Shown one piece after another: positions 1-10,606 of a DNA stretch of 55,128 nt. The DNA is from an uncultured Gammaproteobacteria bacterium (GTDB taxonomy: Bacteria; Pseudomonadota; Gammaproteobacteria; Coxiellales; Coxiellaceae). The stretch covers positions 1 through 55,128 of the forward strand of contig CACHNP010000011.1 in assembly GCA_902581285.1 (NCBI GenBank), written 5' to 3'. Positions within the stretch are counted from its first letter, which is position 1, and every line of letters begins with the position of its first letter. The translations under genes and the position numbers were made by a program. The notes beneath the pieces are model-generated. The model made no database searches and was not told the origin of the DNA. It worked only from the letters and a program-made list of their open reading frames with translations.

Positions 1-83
1 TTCTGTATTCAGTTTTAATGGTACCCGAAGGTACATCGAATCTGCTATATAAGGTTGATTTGATTATTTTGAAAACTTTTTCC

Positions 84-1706
84 TTACTGAATTCTGCATG
101 ATGTATTTCTTTTTTCTGGGAGCTGGTCATAAAGTTGGCGCTCCATAATGTCTTTGTTATTACTGTTTTTTTTATTATGCTGGTCTTTTTTTAACGTGTC
201 CTTTTCGAGTGAACTTTCTATTTTCTTTATCCATTTTTTATTTTCAGTTTCATGCGTTTTATAGAGTAGATTGATCAGCAGTTGGTTTTTATCTATTATT
301 TCGAGTTTTTTTAATTGTTTATCGATGACTTCTTTTGTTTGAGTATTCAATATCGAGTGAGCATGTTTTATTTGATATGGTTCTAGTCGGCGATCTTTTT
401 TTTCAGTTTTATTTTTTATTAGGTTATTCTTGAGTTCTTGCCTTAGTTCCATATTTTTAAATTCTATTTTCATAAGCATAGAATCGGTTTTTTTGTTTTT
501 TCGTAGATAGTGTTTTTTTATTTTAGAGTAGAGATCTTGGTCATTATTATATAGTAGAGGGAAGTTCCTGATGTTGTCTACGATGATGTATTCTGTTTGG
601 GCGTTAAAAGAAGTGAGAGCATCCTGTTTTTTTATGAGTTTGTCTTTAATGAATTTTGTTATCAAAATGAGGCGTGTGCTCTCGATCAAGTAAAACAAAG
701 AGGCAAGTTCAGACTGAATTGATTCTTGATTAAGAATATTAATTTTTTTTTCCCACACTCTATTAATATATTTTTTAGTAGTTGGTAATAAACTATCCAT
801 CAAGCCACCTAGCATAGAAAGTGAAAATAACCAGTAGTCACTGGTCTCATACGAAGATGAATTGTATATGGCGAGTGAGGATTTAATTAACATGATAGAA
901 TTTATTAGTGCGTTATATAAAGCAACAAATGATTTGGCGCAAGAGCCTGACTTCTTGTATCGAGCCTCAAACACGTTAGATATCATCTGGTATGGGCCGC
1001 TTAAACCATCAATTCCATTCCACCAGTGCTGTGTCAATAATGTGTCGAGTGTTGTGGAGTATTGAGGGAAATAGTGAAGCCAAAGGGTTATTAGTGTGCA
1101 CACGATGTAATAACGGTGTTGGAACGTTGCCAGTCGAGATGTCATGTAGACGGTAAGTGGTGTTTTGTTAGTCATCATCATAAGGTGATTTAGAGGAATC
1201 AGCACTAAGTACGAAAGCGGAGTTTCCGTGCTTATTTTGTACAAGTTGGATGAGTGCATTCTTTTTACAAGGTCACGATATTCTCTGGACTTTAACCATT
1301 CACTATCTGCTTTCTGATTCAGATCTACGATGATAAGGCGAAACATCGCAGACATTACCATTAAAACAATTGCCGCGTTAGTTATTTCGTTTTGTTCTGA
1401 GTCGTTATTGATAGCGTAAAGTGCTGCGCTCGCTGTCGCGCAGGCATATGCCATGATGGAATAAAGAGTTGTGGGGTCAACACAATGGCTTTTCTCATGT
1501 CGATAAGTTTTGGGGTAAGTGGTAGGTTTTATTCCCTGTTCTATTGTTTCATAATTTTCAATTTCTTCTATCGCATGATAATTTTTAATCCTTTTTTTAT
1601 CGCTCAAAAGTGGCTGTTTCATGATAGGCGCCTTGTTGATAGTTGATTGGTCTGTTACGATTTTACCATAAAATAAGTGAGAAAACTTTTGTTTGATAGC
1701 TGGCAA
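84..1706 (-). CDS. Hypothetical 540-aa protein. The N-terminal half has several hydrophobic segments and the C-terminal half is K/E-rich coiled-coil-like. Candidate secreted effector.
   Basis: Long ORF with no conserved enzymatic motif recognised. The gene looks AT-rich and the protein is lysine-rich and low in complexity. Hydrophobic helices at roughly aa 90-330 are followed by charged heptad-like sequence. Confidence 0.45.
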   Translation of the reverse strand: MPAIKQKFSHLFYGKIVTDQSTINKAPIMKQPLLSDKKRIKNYHAIEEIENYETIEQGIKPTTYPKTYRHEKSHCVDPTTLYSIMAYACATASAALYAINNDSEQNEITNAAIVLMVMSAMFRLIIVDLNQKADSEWLKSREYRDLVKRMHSSNLYKISTETPLSYLVLIPLNHLMMMTNKTPLTVYMTSRLATFQHRYYIVCTLITLWLHYFPQYSTTLDTLLTQHWWNGIDGLSGPYQMISNVFEARYKKSGSCAKSFVALYNALINSIMLIKSSLAIYNSSSYETSDYWLFSLSMLGGLMDSLLPTTKKYINRVWEKKINILNQESIQSELASLFYLIESTRLILITKFIKDKLIKKQDALTSFNAQTEYIIVDNIRNFPLLYNNDQDLYSKIKKHYLRKNKKTDSMLMKIEFKNMELRQELKNNLIKNKTEKKDRRLEPYQIKHAHSILNTQTKEVIDKQLKKLEIIDKNQLLINLLYKTHETENKKWIKKIESSLEKDTLKKDQHNKKNSNNKDIMERQLYDQLPEKRNTSCRIQ

Positions 1707-2137
1707 ATCTACAATTAGGGTTCAGTACGATTTTTTATGGGTTTATAGAGTCTGAATTACCAGACAAAAAACAGCATTAACGCAGTTTTCTGCTTCATTT
1801 TTCGCTATATATTTTGTCGTTTAACATTATTTTCAGAATACCTCGTAAAGCTGTTCTGCTTAAATGAATCGGAAATAAAAACTCGGATAAGTATCAGGTG
1901 ACACTCCCCAAGGAATAAGTAAATAAATAATTTTTTTGAATAAAATGTGTTATTTAATTTTTCTTTCGAAAAATGAATCTATTCATACACGTCGGTGTTT
2001 TTGTAACACTTGCCCTTAAATAGCAACTTGAGTGTGGCGCTCTCTTTGTGAAGTCACGCTGACAATAAACTACTGGAAATTGTTTTTTATGTGTCTCGTT
2101 GAGAAACGTGACAGTGTTCTAGCTATGATAAAGCTAC

Positions 2138-3145
2138 TTAACTGATGATGCATCTATAACATGCAGGTACTTCTATGTCATTACTCCATAGGTTTTCATC
2201 AGATTCGCTTCGACTCAGTGGTGAGGCAATGGGTTGGTCCTGTTCATTTACAATACGTATTTTGTTGTCATAACACTTTTTCAGGATATCCCCCAAATCT
2301 GGACCGTTATAAAGGTACTGAGTAAAAAAACGTGGGTAAATATCAGCCATCATTTCCTCAGGAAATTGTCCTGTTAAGCTTGAGATCCCTTTTTTTGAGG
2401 TGCTTAGCATGTCTGAAAGGGGATTGTGTAATCCACGACAGGTTGTCATTAAATTTTTTAGGTCTCTAAAATAAATCGAGCGCAGTGCTTCTAACTCGTC
2501 TAGAGCAAGAACTCTCAGTATCTTTTCAACTTCAACCTTACCTTTATCCTTTTTTAGATGCCCAGATAGCCATTTGATAGCGCTACTCGCCCGCTTGTGA
2601 TTATCCCAGCCTAACTTAACTGAGGTCACTGACTCTGGAGCACTAGCTAAAGCCTCTGCAAGCTCGGGCACTGTTTTGTTTTCAAGGCTATTTCCAGATA
2701 AATTCAAAGTGGCCACATTAGCTCGGATGCCGGAAAAAGCCTCTGCAAGCTCGGCGCCTGGTATGAAGTCAAACGCATTATTAGACAAATTCAATTTGGT
2801 CACTGTTTTTGGGATACCCTCAAAAGCCTCTTTAAGCTCGGCGCCAGATTTCTGAAAAAGACCACACTCCAAACTCAATAAGGTCACATTAGCCGGAATA
2901 GCGCCAAGAGCCTCTTTAAGCTCGGCGCCTGTTTTGTTGTTAAACTCATTAGCGGACAAATCCAATGAAGTCACCGTTTCAGGGATGCTTGAAAAAATTT
3001 CTTTGAGCTCGTCGGCTGTTTTTTTGTAAAGACTATTGTCGCTTAAATCCAATAAAGTCACTGTAGCTGGGATACCGGCGAAAGCCTCTGCAATGTCAGA
3101 GATTGTTTTGTTTCCAATGTCATTCATTTTATGTCGATGATACAT
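2138..3145 (-). CDS. Leucine-rich-repeat protein (RI/RanGAP-like 28-29-residue LRRs). Eukaryotic-like; candidate translocated effector.
   Basis: At least six tandem repeats of the form LxLSxNxL...ELKEAxxxIPxxVTxLxL (LDLSDNSL, LDLSANEF, LNLSNNAF, LNLSGNSL). Confidence 0.7.
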   Translation of the reverse strand: MYHRHKMNDIGNKTISDIAEAFAGIPATVTLLDLSDNSLYKKTADELKEIFSSIPETVTSLDLSANEFNNKTGAELKEALGAIPANVTLLSLECGLFQKSGAELKEAFEGIPKTVTKLNLSNNAFDFIPGAELAEAFSGIRANVATLNLSGNSLENKTVPELAEALASAPESVTSVKLGWDNHKRASSAIKWLSGHLKKDKGKVEVEKILRVLALDELEALRSIYFRDLKNLMTTCRGLHNPLSDMLSTSKKGISSLTGQFPEEMMADIYPRFFTQYLYNGPDLGDILKKCYDNKIRIVNEQDQPIASPLSRSESDENLWSNDIEVPACYRCIIS

Positions 3146-3579
3146 GGGTTATTCCGACCTATTTTAAATTCCAACAGTACGCAACCACTTAATAAATCGG
3201 TTGATTTCTAGAAAGATGATGCAAACTCTACTTTTTTGTTTGTGCATAATTTACAATGCGCGGCTCCCACTGTCCATGGGGATAATTACTGAAAGTGATC
3301 CATTTCTATCGCTATACTTCTAACTATTTGTGCTGTTCTAGATCGTCGTAAAGTAATCAGAACAAAACGCGAATCAATGTTAATTATTTTGATTGTCGCT
3401 CGCTTAAGTCACAAATATTAAGATAGAAGATGCTTGAAAGCGCTGAACTTGGTGTTTATGGGCAGTCACTGTGGTACTAGAGCTAGCCTCTGCTTACTAC
3501 AAAGACATGCTTTTTTAAAGATGCTTTGTGAGTTTCATTTTAGATCGGGAGATCTACAGCTATTTGCAGGAGGTTGTGT

Positions 3580-3918
3580 TCAGTCGTCTGCGCCTGGCTT
3601 TTCGCTAAAGTATTTTTCAAATTTATTTTCTTCGTCTTTGTACTTACCAGCATCTAATGGGGCGTCTTTTTTTTCTGTGATATTAGGCCAAATTTCAGCG
3701 TATTTTCTATTGATGTTATGCCATTTCTCCTTCTCGTCTTTTGTATCTGGGATAATGGCATCTACAGGGCATTCGGGTTCGCAGACGCCGCAATCGATAC
3801 ACTCATCTGGGTTGATGACCAGCATGTTTTCGCCTTCGTAAAAGCAATCAACGGGGCAGACTTCCACGCAATCGGTGTGTTTGCATTTGATGCACTTTTC
3901 ATTCACAAGGTATGTCAT
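3580..3918 (-). CDS. fdxA: 7Fe (3Fe-4S plus 4Fe-4S) ferredoxin, FdxA-type
   Basis: Two cysteine motifs, [17 protein letters not shown] and [15 protein letters not shown]. Length of 112 aa is typical of Azotobacter-type ferredoxin I. Confidence 0.85.
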   Translation of the reverse strand: MTYLVNEKCIKCKHTDCVEVCPVDCFYEGENMLVINPDECIDCGVCEPECPVDAIIPDTKDEKEKWHNINRKYAEIWPNITEKKDAPLDAGKYKDEENKFEKYFSEKPGADD

Positions 3919-4104
3919 TTCTCTTCGCCCATCTGATAAAAACTCATTCTACTTTGAAGTGGTGTTGGATGCAATGAGCAGGGTGGTTAAGTTATTCATT
4001 TATATTTAGAAGGTTGTGCTCGCGCGCGCCGCGGTATGACCGTTTTGATGACTTGATTTGCGGTTAAGCTTTGGTTAGAATGGGCGCACTTTAAGTTTCC
4101 TGGA

Positions 4105-4341
4105 GTGATTATGTTTGATCCGCAAGTTATTGAAAATATGATAAAGGATGGCATGAGTTGCCAGTCTGCGACAGTGACTGGTGACGGTCATCACTTTGAA
4201 GCGGTTATCGTCAGCGAGCAATTCTCCGGTGAATCCACTTTGGCGCGACACCGACGTGTGTACGCCACGCTTGGCGCAAAAATGGGCCATGAGATCCACG
4301 CGCTTTCAATCAAAGCGCTAACCCCAGAAGAAGTGCAGTAG
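4105..4341 (+). CDS. BolA/IbaG(YrbA)-family protein
   Basis: 78 aa. The core [31 protein letters not shown]...[13 protein letters not shown] matches the BolA/IbaG family. Confidence 0.8.
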   Translation: MIMFDPQVIENMIKDGMSCQSATVTGDGHHFEAVIVSEQFSGESTLARHRRVYATLGAKMGHEIHALSIKALTPEEVQ

Positions 4342-4381
4342 CACGCGTCTTCCCAACCATGTTATTGAAAAAACAGGAGCT

Positions 4382-4702
4382 ATGATGTCAGATATTCAAA
4401 CAAAAATCCAAGACACAATCGATAACCACGATGTTGTGTTGTTCATGAAAGGCACTAAAGATTTCCCTCAGTGTGGCTTCTCTGGCAGGGTCGCTCATAT
4501 CCTTAAACAACTTGGCGTTGAGTACCATCACGAAAACGTGCTCGAGGATCCTGAATTGCGTGAAGGTATCAAAACGTTTTCAAATTGGCCTACCATCCCG
4601 CAATTGTATATCAAAGGTGAGTTTATGGGGGGCTGTGATATCGTCTCTGAAATGGAAGCATCTGGCGAATTGAAAAAATTGCTTTGTAACAACGAAGGGT
4701 AA
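4382..4702 (+). CDS. grxD: Monothiol (CGFS) glutaredoxin, Grx4/GrxD type
   Basis: CGFS active site (PQCGFSGR), plus [20 protein letters not shown], which is diagnostic of Grx4-type glutaredoxins. 106 aa. Confidence 0.9.
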   Translation: MMSDIQTKIQDTIDNHDVVLFMKGTKDFPQCGFSGRVAHILKQLGVEYHHENVLEDPELREGIKTFSNWPTIPQLYIKGEFMGGCDIVSEMEASGELKKLLCNNEG

Positions 4703-4943
4703 TTGTTTTTACCCTTTACTGTTTTTAATTTTCTATTCACCCCAGTCAATGGTTTGCTCGTTTTCAAGCTCTTGAGCATGGTCACGTGCTTGGTAAATTT
4801 TTTGATACTTGTCGTGCTCAAATTGCTGAGACGGCGAAAGTGGGTTTTTTTTATTAAATTCAGCCATTTTTTTGTCAATTTCACTGACATAATACCTGTC
4901 GATTTTTTTCATTTTTGATAGAATACCTTTTTTGTAAACATGA

Positions 4944-7900
4944 GTGTGTAGTAGTATGAAACTTAACCTGAATGGCTTTGAATTTCAAGAGCTATTAACT
5001 GCTGAAGGCGTGGCACGCTGCGATGAGCGCTTCATTAACTGGTTGTGCGACAGGGATGCGGGCCTGCATGCTCAATTATTGGCCTACCGTCACGACGGTT
5101 GGGGTCGTGGCCCGGAACTCAGTGATTTTATTATACGCAGTGCTGTGCTGCTTGATGAGTTTCTGGTTGATTTGTATTCCATCCATGACGAGGCAAAGCG
5201 GTTAGAACAAGAGATTAAGTCTCACGACCCTGTTTTTTCGTTTAAGCAATCGTATGTGATAAAAAAAGCCAAGCGCCTGCTGTCGAAGCTGGATGAGCAG
5301 CCGGGATTTACGGAGCTCCATGAGTCTCTGGTGTCTAAGGTGACAGCTGATCAGGGGGGCTTTGATGAGTTGGGTTTGTCGCGCTATGCAATGGCGCTAT
5401 TAACTGAAGAAGCTGCTCATGAGGAAGCCATACTTCAAGTGGTCCAGTGGTCGGCTCACGCGCTTCAGACCGCAGAGGCGCAATCCGTGGTGGCGGAATG
5501 GTCTGCCTTTCGGCTTCCACAAAAAAAAGATTACCAAAATTTGGTCGCGCTAGAGGTGGGTGAAAATGGCATGTTGTCTTCACCTAGTCAGCACCATGTT
5601 CATCGTGATGGCTTTGATCTCACGGACCCCAGGATGACACAGCGACAGGCCTTAAGTGAAATAGATTACTGTGTTTATTGTCACGATAAAGAACGGGATT
5701 ATTGCTCTAGTGGTTTTCCATTAGAGAAAGACAACATGGATGCCGGTTTCAGGAAAAATCCTTTGGATGAGCTGCTGTCTGGATGCCCTTTAGAAGAAAA
5801 AATCTCTGAGATGCATTGGTTAAAGAAATCCGGTTACAGTATAGGTGCGTTAGCCACTGTGATGATTGATAACCCCATGTGCCCTGCAACAGGTCATCGA
5901 ATCTGTAACGACTGTATGCAGTCTTGTATTTATCAAAAACTTGACCCTGTTAACATTCCTCAAGCCGAATCACGGGTGTTGACCGATGTGGTGGATTTGC
6001 CGTGGGGGGTGGAAATCTATGATCTACTGACCCGATGGAATCCATTACGTCGAGAGCAGTATAAAATCAAGCCTTATAACGGAAAGAAAATACTAGTCAT
6101 GGGTATGGGCCCGGCAGGTTTTACTTTGGCGCACCATCTTTTACTCGAAGGCTATGCGGTCGTGGGTGCGGATGGCTTGAAACTGGAGCCATTACAGCAA
6201 GCGTGGCTGCAACAGCCGATAGAAAATTTCTCACGGTTAAAAGACAGTTTGTCTGATCGCATCATGATGGGTTTTGGTGGGGTTGCAGAATACGGCATTA
6301 CGGTCCGTTGGGATAAAAACTTTTTGAAGTTGATTTTGGTTTCTTTACTGCGAAGACAGTATTTTCAGTTGGTTGGTAGTATTCGTTTTGGCGGCGCTTT
6401 AACAGTTGAAAAAGCCTGGGAGCTGGGGTTCGATCATCTTTCGATAGCGGTGGGTGCCGGGTTGCCAAAAGAGCTCATGATTGAAAACAGTTTGGCGATA
6501 GGTATGCGACAGGCGAATGATTTCTTGATGGCATTACAATTGACTGGTGCGGCGAAGAAAAATTCATTGGCAAATTTACAGATTCGAATGCCGATTGTCG
6601 TTATTGGCGGTGGTTTGACTGGTGTTGATGCTGCAACTGAGGCACAGGCATATTACTTGCTGCAAATTGAAAAAATGGCATCGCGTTACGCAACGTTGGT
6701 ATCCCATTATGGGGAAGACAAGGTTAGGGCACGTTTTAGTCAAACCGACTTGACTATTTTAGATGAGTACTTACAGCATGCCCAAATGTTGTTTGATGAG
6801 CGTGAGTGTGCTCGATCTGAAAATCGCCAGCCTGATTTGATCGCTTTGGTTCGCCGTTGGGGTGGTGTAACCATTGCGTATCGTCGCCGTGTTCAAGATT
6901 CACCAGCATACCGTTTAAATCACGAAGAGCTGGCCATGGCAATGGAGCAGGGTTTATATTACGCTGAGCATGTTTCACCTGAAAAAGTCATTTTAGATTC
7001 TAACGGTCACGCTAAAGCGGTGGCTTTTGTGAAAAATGTTGCCGGTAGTGAAGATGTATCTACGGTGACCATGGCGGCTAAAACCATACTCGTCGCTACA
7101 GGCGCTAAACCCAATGTGGCATACGAGTTCGAGCATCGTGGTACTTTTTTGAGGAAGCAGTTTCAGTATGAAAGATTTGATTTGATTGAAGGTGAACTTA
7201 CTCAGGCCAGTGAAGATGTAAACGTGAAATCGTGCCGTATTGGCCCTTTTACAAGCTACAACAAAGACGGTAAGCTGGTCAGCTTTTTGGGGGACACTCA
7301 TTCGGTGTTTCACGGAAGTGTTGTGAATGCGATCGCTTCAGCTAAACGGGTGTATCCACGCATCAGTGAGGCTCTGCAATCGCAACATAATCCGGTCGAT
7401 TGCGATGATTACCCGCTGTTTAGGGAAAAGATACACGACGTTTTTCGTTCACGAGTTATTAGCGTCGAACCCCTTACGAATAATCACATGCAATTAACGG
7501 TGTATTCGCCCTTAGCCGCAGAGCAATTCTATCCTGGGCAATTTTATCGGATTCAAACTTACGAATCGCTAGTTGACACAATCGAGGGCACGGCATTGCA
7601 CATGGAAGCGTTGGCTTTGATTGGGGTTAAGCGAGACAATGCTGACGGGGTGTTATCATTCATTATTAGTGACAACGGCGTTAGCTCTAAACTGGCTTCG
7701 CGTTTTCGCTCAGGCGACAGGTTGTCTGTCATGGGGCCAACTGGTGCGAAGCTACCGCTGCCTCGTGATGGTGGGATGATTATCGTGGGTGGAGAGTGGG
7801 CGCGTATTCAGATCTTGTCGATTGGTTATGAATTAAAAAAATTAGGCGTTAATCTGATTTTTTTCTCTTGTGAAAAAAATACTTTCTTAGAAGATGAAGT

Positions 7901-8369
7901 TAGTTCATTGTGTTCTGAGGTTATCTCAGTTCAGTCGGAATCTGATGTCCCGGCAGCGTTGCAATCTTGGGCAACAAAAAATGTTCAGACTGCGTCAAGT
8001 GTTCGTCAGTGCCAAGTGTTTTCATCGCCATCTTTGTTAAAATCCATTCAAGCGATAAGAGCCAATGAGCCAATGCAGGTGCTGAGTCATGTTCGTTTTA
8101 CCGCTGCGGTTTTCGGGCCAATGCAATGTATGTTGAAAGGGGTTTGCGCGCAATGTTTACAGTGGCAAATTGACCCTGCGACCGGTAAGCGAACCAAGGC
8201 TGTGTATGCATGCTCCTGGCAAAATCAACCCATTGAGATTATTGATATCGACAGTCTGTCGGAACGATTGGCTCAAAATCAATGTCAGGAACACTTGGGC
8301 AGGCTGTGGTTGGATCATATTTCATCTGGTAAAGTGCAAAAAAATGACAGTCAGAGTTTCGTATGGTAG
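4944..8369 (+). CDS. Large multidomain FAD/NAD(P) oxidoreductase of 1141 aa. It has an unknown N-terminal domain of about 230 aa. This is followed by a GltD/SudA/NfnB-like module (Cys clusters and two Rossmann folds) fused to a PyrK/SudB/NfnA-like FNR-fold domain with a C-terminal Cys cluster.
   Basis: Cys clusters CVYCHDKERDYCSSG and CPATGHRICNDCMQSC at about 5660-5930. GxGxxG motifs GMGPAG (about 6106) and GGGLTG (about 6606). C-terminal FNR-like region from RVISVEPLT through GQFYRIQTY, ending in the Cys cluster CMLKGVCAQCLQW...YACSW. Confidence 0.7.
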   Translation: MCSSMKLNLNGFEFQELLTAEGVARCDERFINWLCDRDAGLHAQLLAYRHDGWGRGPELSDFIIRSAVLLDEFLVDLYSIHDEAKRLEQEIKSHDPVFSFKQSYVIKKAKRLLSKLDEQPGFTELHESLVSKVTADQGGFDELGLSRYAMALLTEEAAHEEAILQVVQWSAHALQTAEAQSVVAEWSAFRLPQKKDYQNLVALEVGENGMLSSPSQHHVHRDGFDLTDPRMTQRQALSEIDYCVYCHDKERDYCSSGFPLEKDNMDAGFRKNPLDELLSGCPLEEKISEMHWLKKSGYSIGALATVMIDNPMCPATGHRICNDCMQSCIYQKLDPVNIPQAESRVLTDVVDLPWGVEIYDLLTRWNPLRREQYKIKPYNGKKILVMGMGPAGFTLAHHLLLEGYAVVGADGLKLEPLQQAWLQQPIENFSRLKDSLSDRIMMGFGGVAEYGITVRWDKNFLKLILVSLLRRQYFQLVGSIRFGGALTVEKAWELGFDHLSIAVGAGLPKELMIENSLAIGMRQANDFLMALQLTGAAKKNSLANLQIRMPIVVIGGGLTGVDAATEAQAYYLLQIEKMASRYATLVSHYGEDKVRARFSQTDLTILDEYLQHAQMLFDERECARSENRQPDLIALVRRWGGVTIAYRRRVQDSPAYRLNHEELAMAMEQGLYYAEHVSPEKVILDSNGHAKAVAFVKNVAGSEDVSTVTMAAKTILVATGAKPNVAYEFEHRGTFLRKQFQYERFDLIEGELTQASEDVNVKSCRIGPFTSYNKDGKLVSFLGDTHSVFHGSVVNAIASAKRVYPRISEALQSQHNPVDCDDYPLFREKIHDVFRSRVISVEPLTNNHMQLTVYSPLAAEQFYPGQFYRIQTYESLVDTIEGTALHMEALALIGVKRDNADGVLSFIISDNGVSSKLASRFRSGDRLSVMGPTGAKLPLPRDGGMIIVGGEWARIQILSIGYELKKLGVNLIFFSCEKNTFLEDEVSSLCSEVISVQSESDVPAALQSWATKNVQTASSVRQCQVFSSPSLLKSIQAIRANEPMQVLSHVRFTAAVFGPMQCMLKGVCAQCLQWQIDPATGKRTKAVYACSWQNQPIEIIDIDSLSERLAQNQCQEHLGRLWLDHISSGKVQKNDSQSFVW

Positions 8370-8432
8370 ATCCTGGCATTCAAATCGTCTTCTGTATACA
8401 ATAAAGGTACCATAACAAAGGAGTAAAAACAC

Positions 8433-8759
8433 ATGACAGCCAATACTTTAACATGCGATGAATTAATCACTAAGATTCGAGATAATGATTCTAACCTACT
8501 TATCGCTGATGTGCGTTCGAAGCAGTCTCATGATGAAGGGCATATTGATAACGCGATACATTTTACGCTCAAATCACTGACAGAAGTGGTCGAGGAAGGT
8601 TCTGAAATGTCTCAAAAAGAAATTGTGCTCTATTGTGATGAAGGAACTATCCTTAGTCGCATCGTCGCAGATATTTTATCAAATCAAAACATTCAAAATG
8701 TGTCTGTTTTAGAGGGTGGTTTTGCAGCTTGGTGTCAAATTGCGAGAAAAACTGATTAA
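8433..8759 (+). CDS. Single-domain rhodanese-like sulfurtransferase
   Basis: 108 aa with an active-site loop [10 protein letters not shown], a Cys in CxxGxxxR context. Confidence 0.65.
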   Translation: MTANTLTCDELITKIRDNDSNLLIADVRSKQSHDEGHIDNAIHFTLKSLTEVVEEGSEMSQKEIVLYCDEGTILSRIVADILSNQNIQNVSVLEGGFAAWCQIARKTD

Positions 8760-8764
8760 TTGCC

Positions 8765-9796
8765 ATGAGTAAAGCATCTAAGCAAATTGCTATTAGCATT
8801 CCAGATTTTTCTGTTCCTGAGTCGTATGACCTTGCAGTGAAAAAACAACTGATGAAGAAGATAGCGGATTATTTAAAACAAAATGATGCCGTGTTGATTT
8901 CCCATTACTACACGTCACACGATATTCAGGAATTGACTGAGTTTTGCGGTGGGTTCATTGGTGATTCCTTAGCAATGGCTAAACACGGTCTTGAGCACAG
9001 TGCCAAGAATATCATTGTTTGTGGTGTTAAGTTTATGGGCGAAACGGCGAAGATTTTGAGTCCCGATAAAAATGTCTTTATGCCAACCTTAAATGCAACT
9101 TGCTCTCTTGATTTAGGTTGCCCAGCAGATGACTTTAAGACATTTTGTGAACAATACCCTGATCGCACTGTTGTTGTCTATGCGAATACGTCAGCTAGAG
9201 TGAAAGCCATAGCTGATTGGGTTGTGACATCGTCTAATGCATTGGAGATCATTGATTATCTAGATTCAAAAGGCGAAAAGATCATATGGGCACCAGATAA
9301 GTATTTAGGCTCTTATATTAAAAAACAAACATCGGCTGATATGGTTTTGTGGGATGGGGCGTGTATTGTGCACGAAGAGTTTAAAGCACAGGCACTATTG
9401 GATCTTAAAAAAGTTCATCCTAACGCTGCTGTTTTGGTTCATCCTGAGTCGCCTGCTTCAGTTGTCGGTATTGCCGATGTGGTGGGTTCTACTTCAAAAT
9501 TATTGTCAGCAACTAAAACAATGGACAACGACACTTTTATCGTTGCAACGGATTCTGGTATTTTCTACAAAATGAAACAGGCATCACCTGATAAAACCTT
9601 TATTGAGGCTCCTACGTCTGGGCAAGGTGCAACATGCCGTAGTTGTGCTCGATGCCCTTGGATGTCGATGAATCAATTATCGATGATCGATAAGTCATTA
9701 TTCAATAAAGATTGCGAAATTACTTTGGATCCCGAAATAATTAAGCAAGCTCAGGTCTCCCTAAATAGGATGGTCTCATTTCCACCTGAAAGTTAA
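8765..9796 (+). CDS. nadA: Quinolinate synthase A
   Basis: Strong identity to E. coli NadA across [60 protein letters not shown] and [13 protein letters not shown]. Confidence 0.93.
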   Translation: MSKASKQIAISIPDFSVPESYDLAVKKQLMKKIADYLKQNDAVLISHYYTSHDIQELTEFCGGFIGDSLAMAKHGLEHSAKNIIVCGVKFMGETAKILSPDKNVFMPTLNATCSLDLGCPADDFKTFCEQYPDRTVVVYANTSARVKAIADWVVTSSNALEIIDYLDSKGEKIIWAPDKYLGSYIKKQTSADMVLWDGACIVHEEFKAQALLDLKKVHPNAAVLVHPESPASVVGIADVVGSTSKLLSATKTMDNDTFIVATDSGIFYKMKQASPDKTFIEAPTSGQGATCRSCARCPWMSMNQLSMIDKSLFNKDCEITLDPEIIKQAQVSLNRMVSFPPES

Positions 9797-9813
9797 ATAA
9801 AAAAAGGAATAGC

Positions 9814-10605
9814 ATGCGTTTCAATTACAGTACATTGTGTGTTGATCTTGTTGCCGAAGGTATTTTGCTTTTAACCTTGAATCGTCGTGAAGTCCACAAT
9901 GCGATAAATTCGGTTATGATGACAGAGCTTTTATCTTTTTGGAATACGGTTTCTGATGCTAATGATTTAAGGGTAATAGTGATCACTGGCAGTGGTGATC
10001 GTGCTTTTTGCGCAGGGGCGGATTTAAAAGAGCGGTTTAATTTAGACCTAAATACATGGAAAGAGCAACACGCTGTATTGCAGGCGGCAATGAAAGCGAT
10101 GTCGAGTTGCCCACTGCCAATTATTAGCATGGTAAATGGCTTGGCTTTTGGTGGTGGTTTAGAGTTGGCTTTAGCGAGTGACTTTGTATACGCTTCCAAA
10201 ACAAGTCAGTTTGCGCAATCAGAAGTGAAGCTGGGTATTATGCCTGGCGCAATGGGTACGCAAAATCTTCCAAGAGCGCTTGGTGCTCGACGAGCCCGTG
10301 AGTGTGCTTATACTGGAGAGGTCTTTTCAGGTGAGCAAGCTTATGACTGGGGTCTTGTTAATCATTTATTCCCCCTGGAAACCTTGAAAGATGGAACGAT
10401 AGCTGTTGCTAAAAAGATAGCATCAAATGCGCCTCTGGCTGTTCGCCAAGTTAAACGCTCAATCAATAAAGCGGTGTCTGATGAGTTGATTTCTGGCTAT
10501 GATTTTGAGGTATCATGTTATAATTCTTTACTTGAGTCAGCGGATAGATTGGAAGGCATCGCTGCTTTTAATGAAAAGCGTTTACCCGATTTTAAAGGGG
10601 TTTAA
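9814..10605 (+). CDS. Enoyl-CoA hydratase/isomerase (crotonase) family protein
   Basis: Crotonase signatures ITGSGDRAFCAGADLKE and NGLAFGGGLELALASDF. Confidence 0.8.
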   Translation: MRFNYSTLCVDLVAEGILLLTLNRREVHNAINSVMMTELLSFWNTVSDANDLRVIVITGSGDRAFCAGADLKERFNLDLNTWKEQHAVLQAAMKAMSSCPLPIISMVNGLAFGGGLELALASDFVYASKTSQFAQSEVKLGIMPGAMGTQNLPRALGARRARECAYTGEVFSGEQAYDWGLVNHLFPLETLKDGTIAVAKKIASNAPLAVRQVKRSINKAVSDELISGYDFEVSCYNSLLESADRLEGIAAFNEKRLPDFKGV

Positions 10606-10606
10606 C

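Noticed and set aside
3434-3936. Plus-strand ORFs 3434..3841 and 3718..3936 overlapping fdxA
   Set aside because: They are antisense to a strongly supported ferredoxin CDS, low in complexity, and show no motifs. Frame artefacts.
4703-4918. 71-aa ORF between grxD and the large oxidoreductase
   Set aside because: Low complexity, hydrophobic and Phe-rich, in an AT-rich intergenic region. More likely the promoter or leader of the large gene.
10499-10606. ORF-track start at 10499 for the Cys-rich protein, overlapping the 3' end of the enoyl-CoA hydratase gene by about 100 bp
   Set aside because: An in-frame ATG at 10607 immediately follows the hydratase stop. The upstream extension merely rides the open frame.
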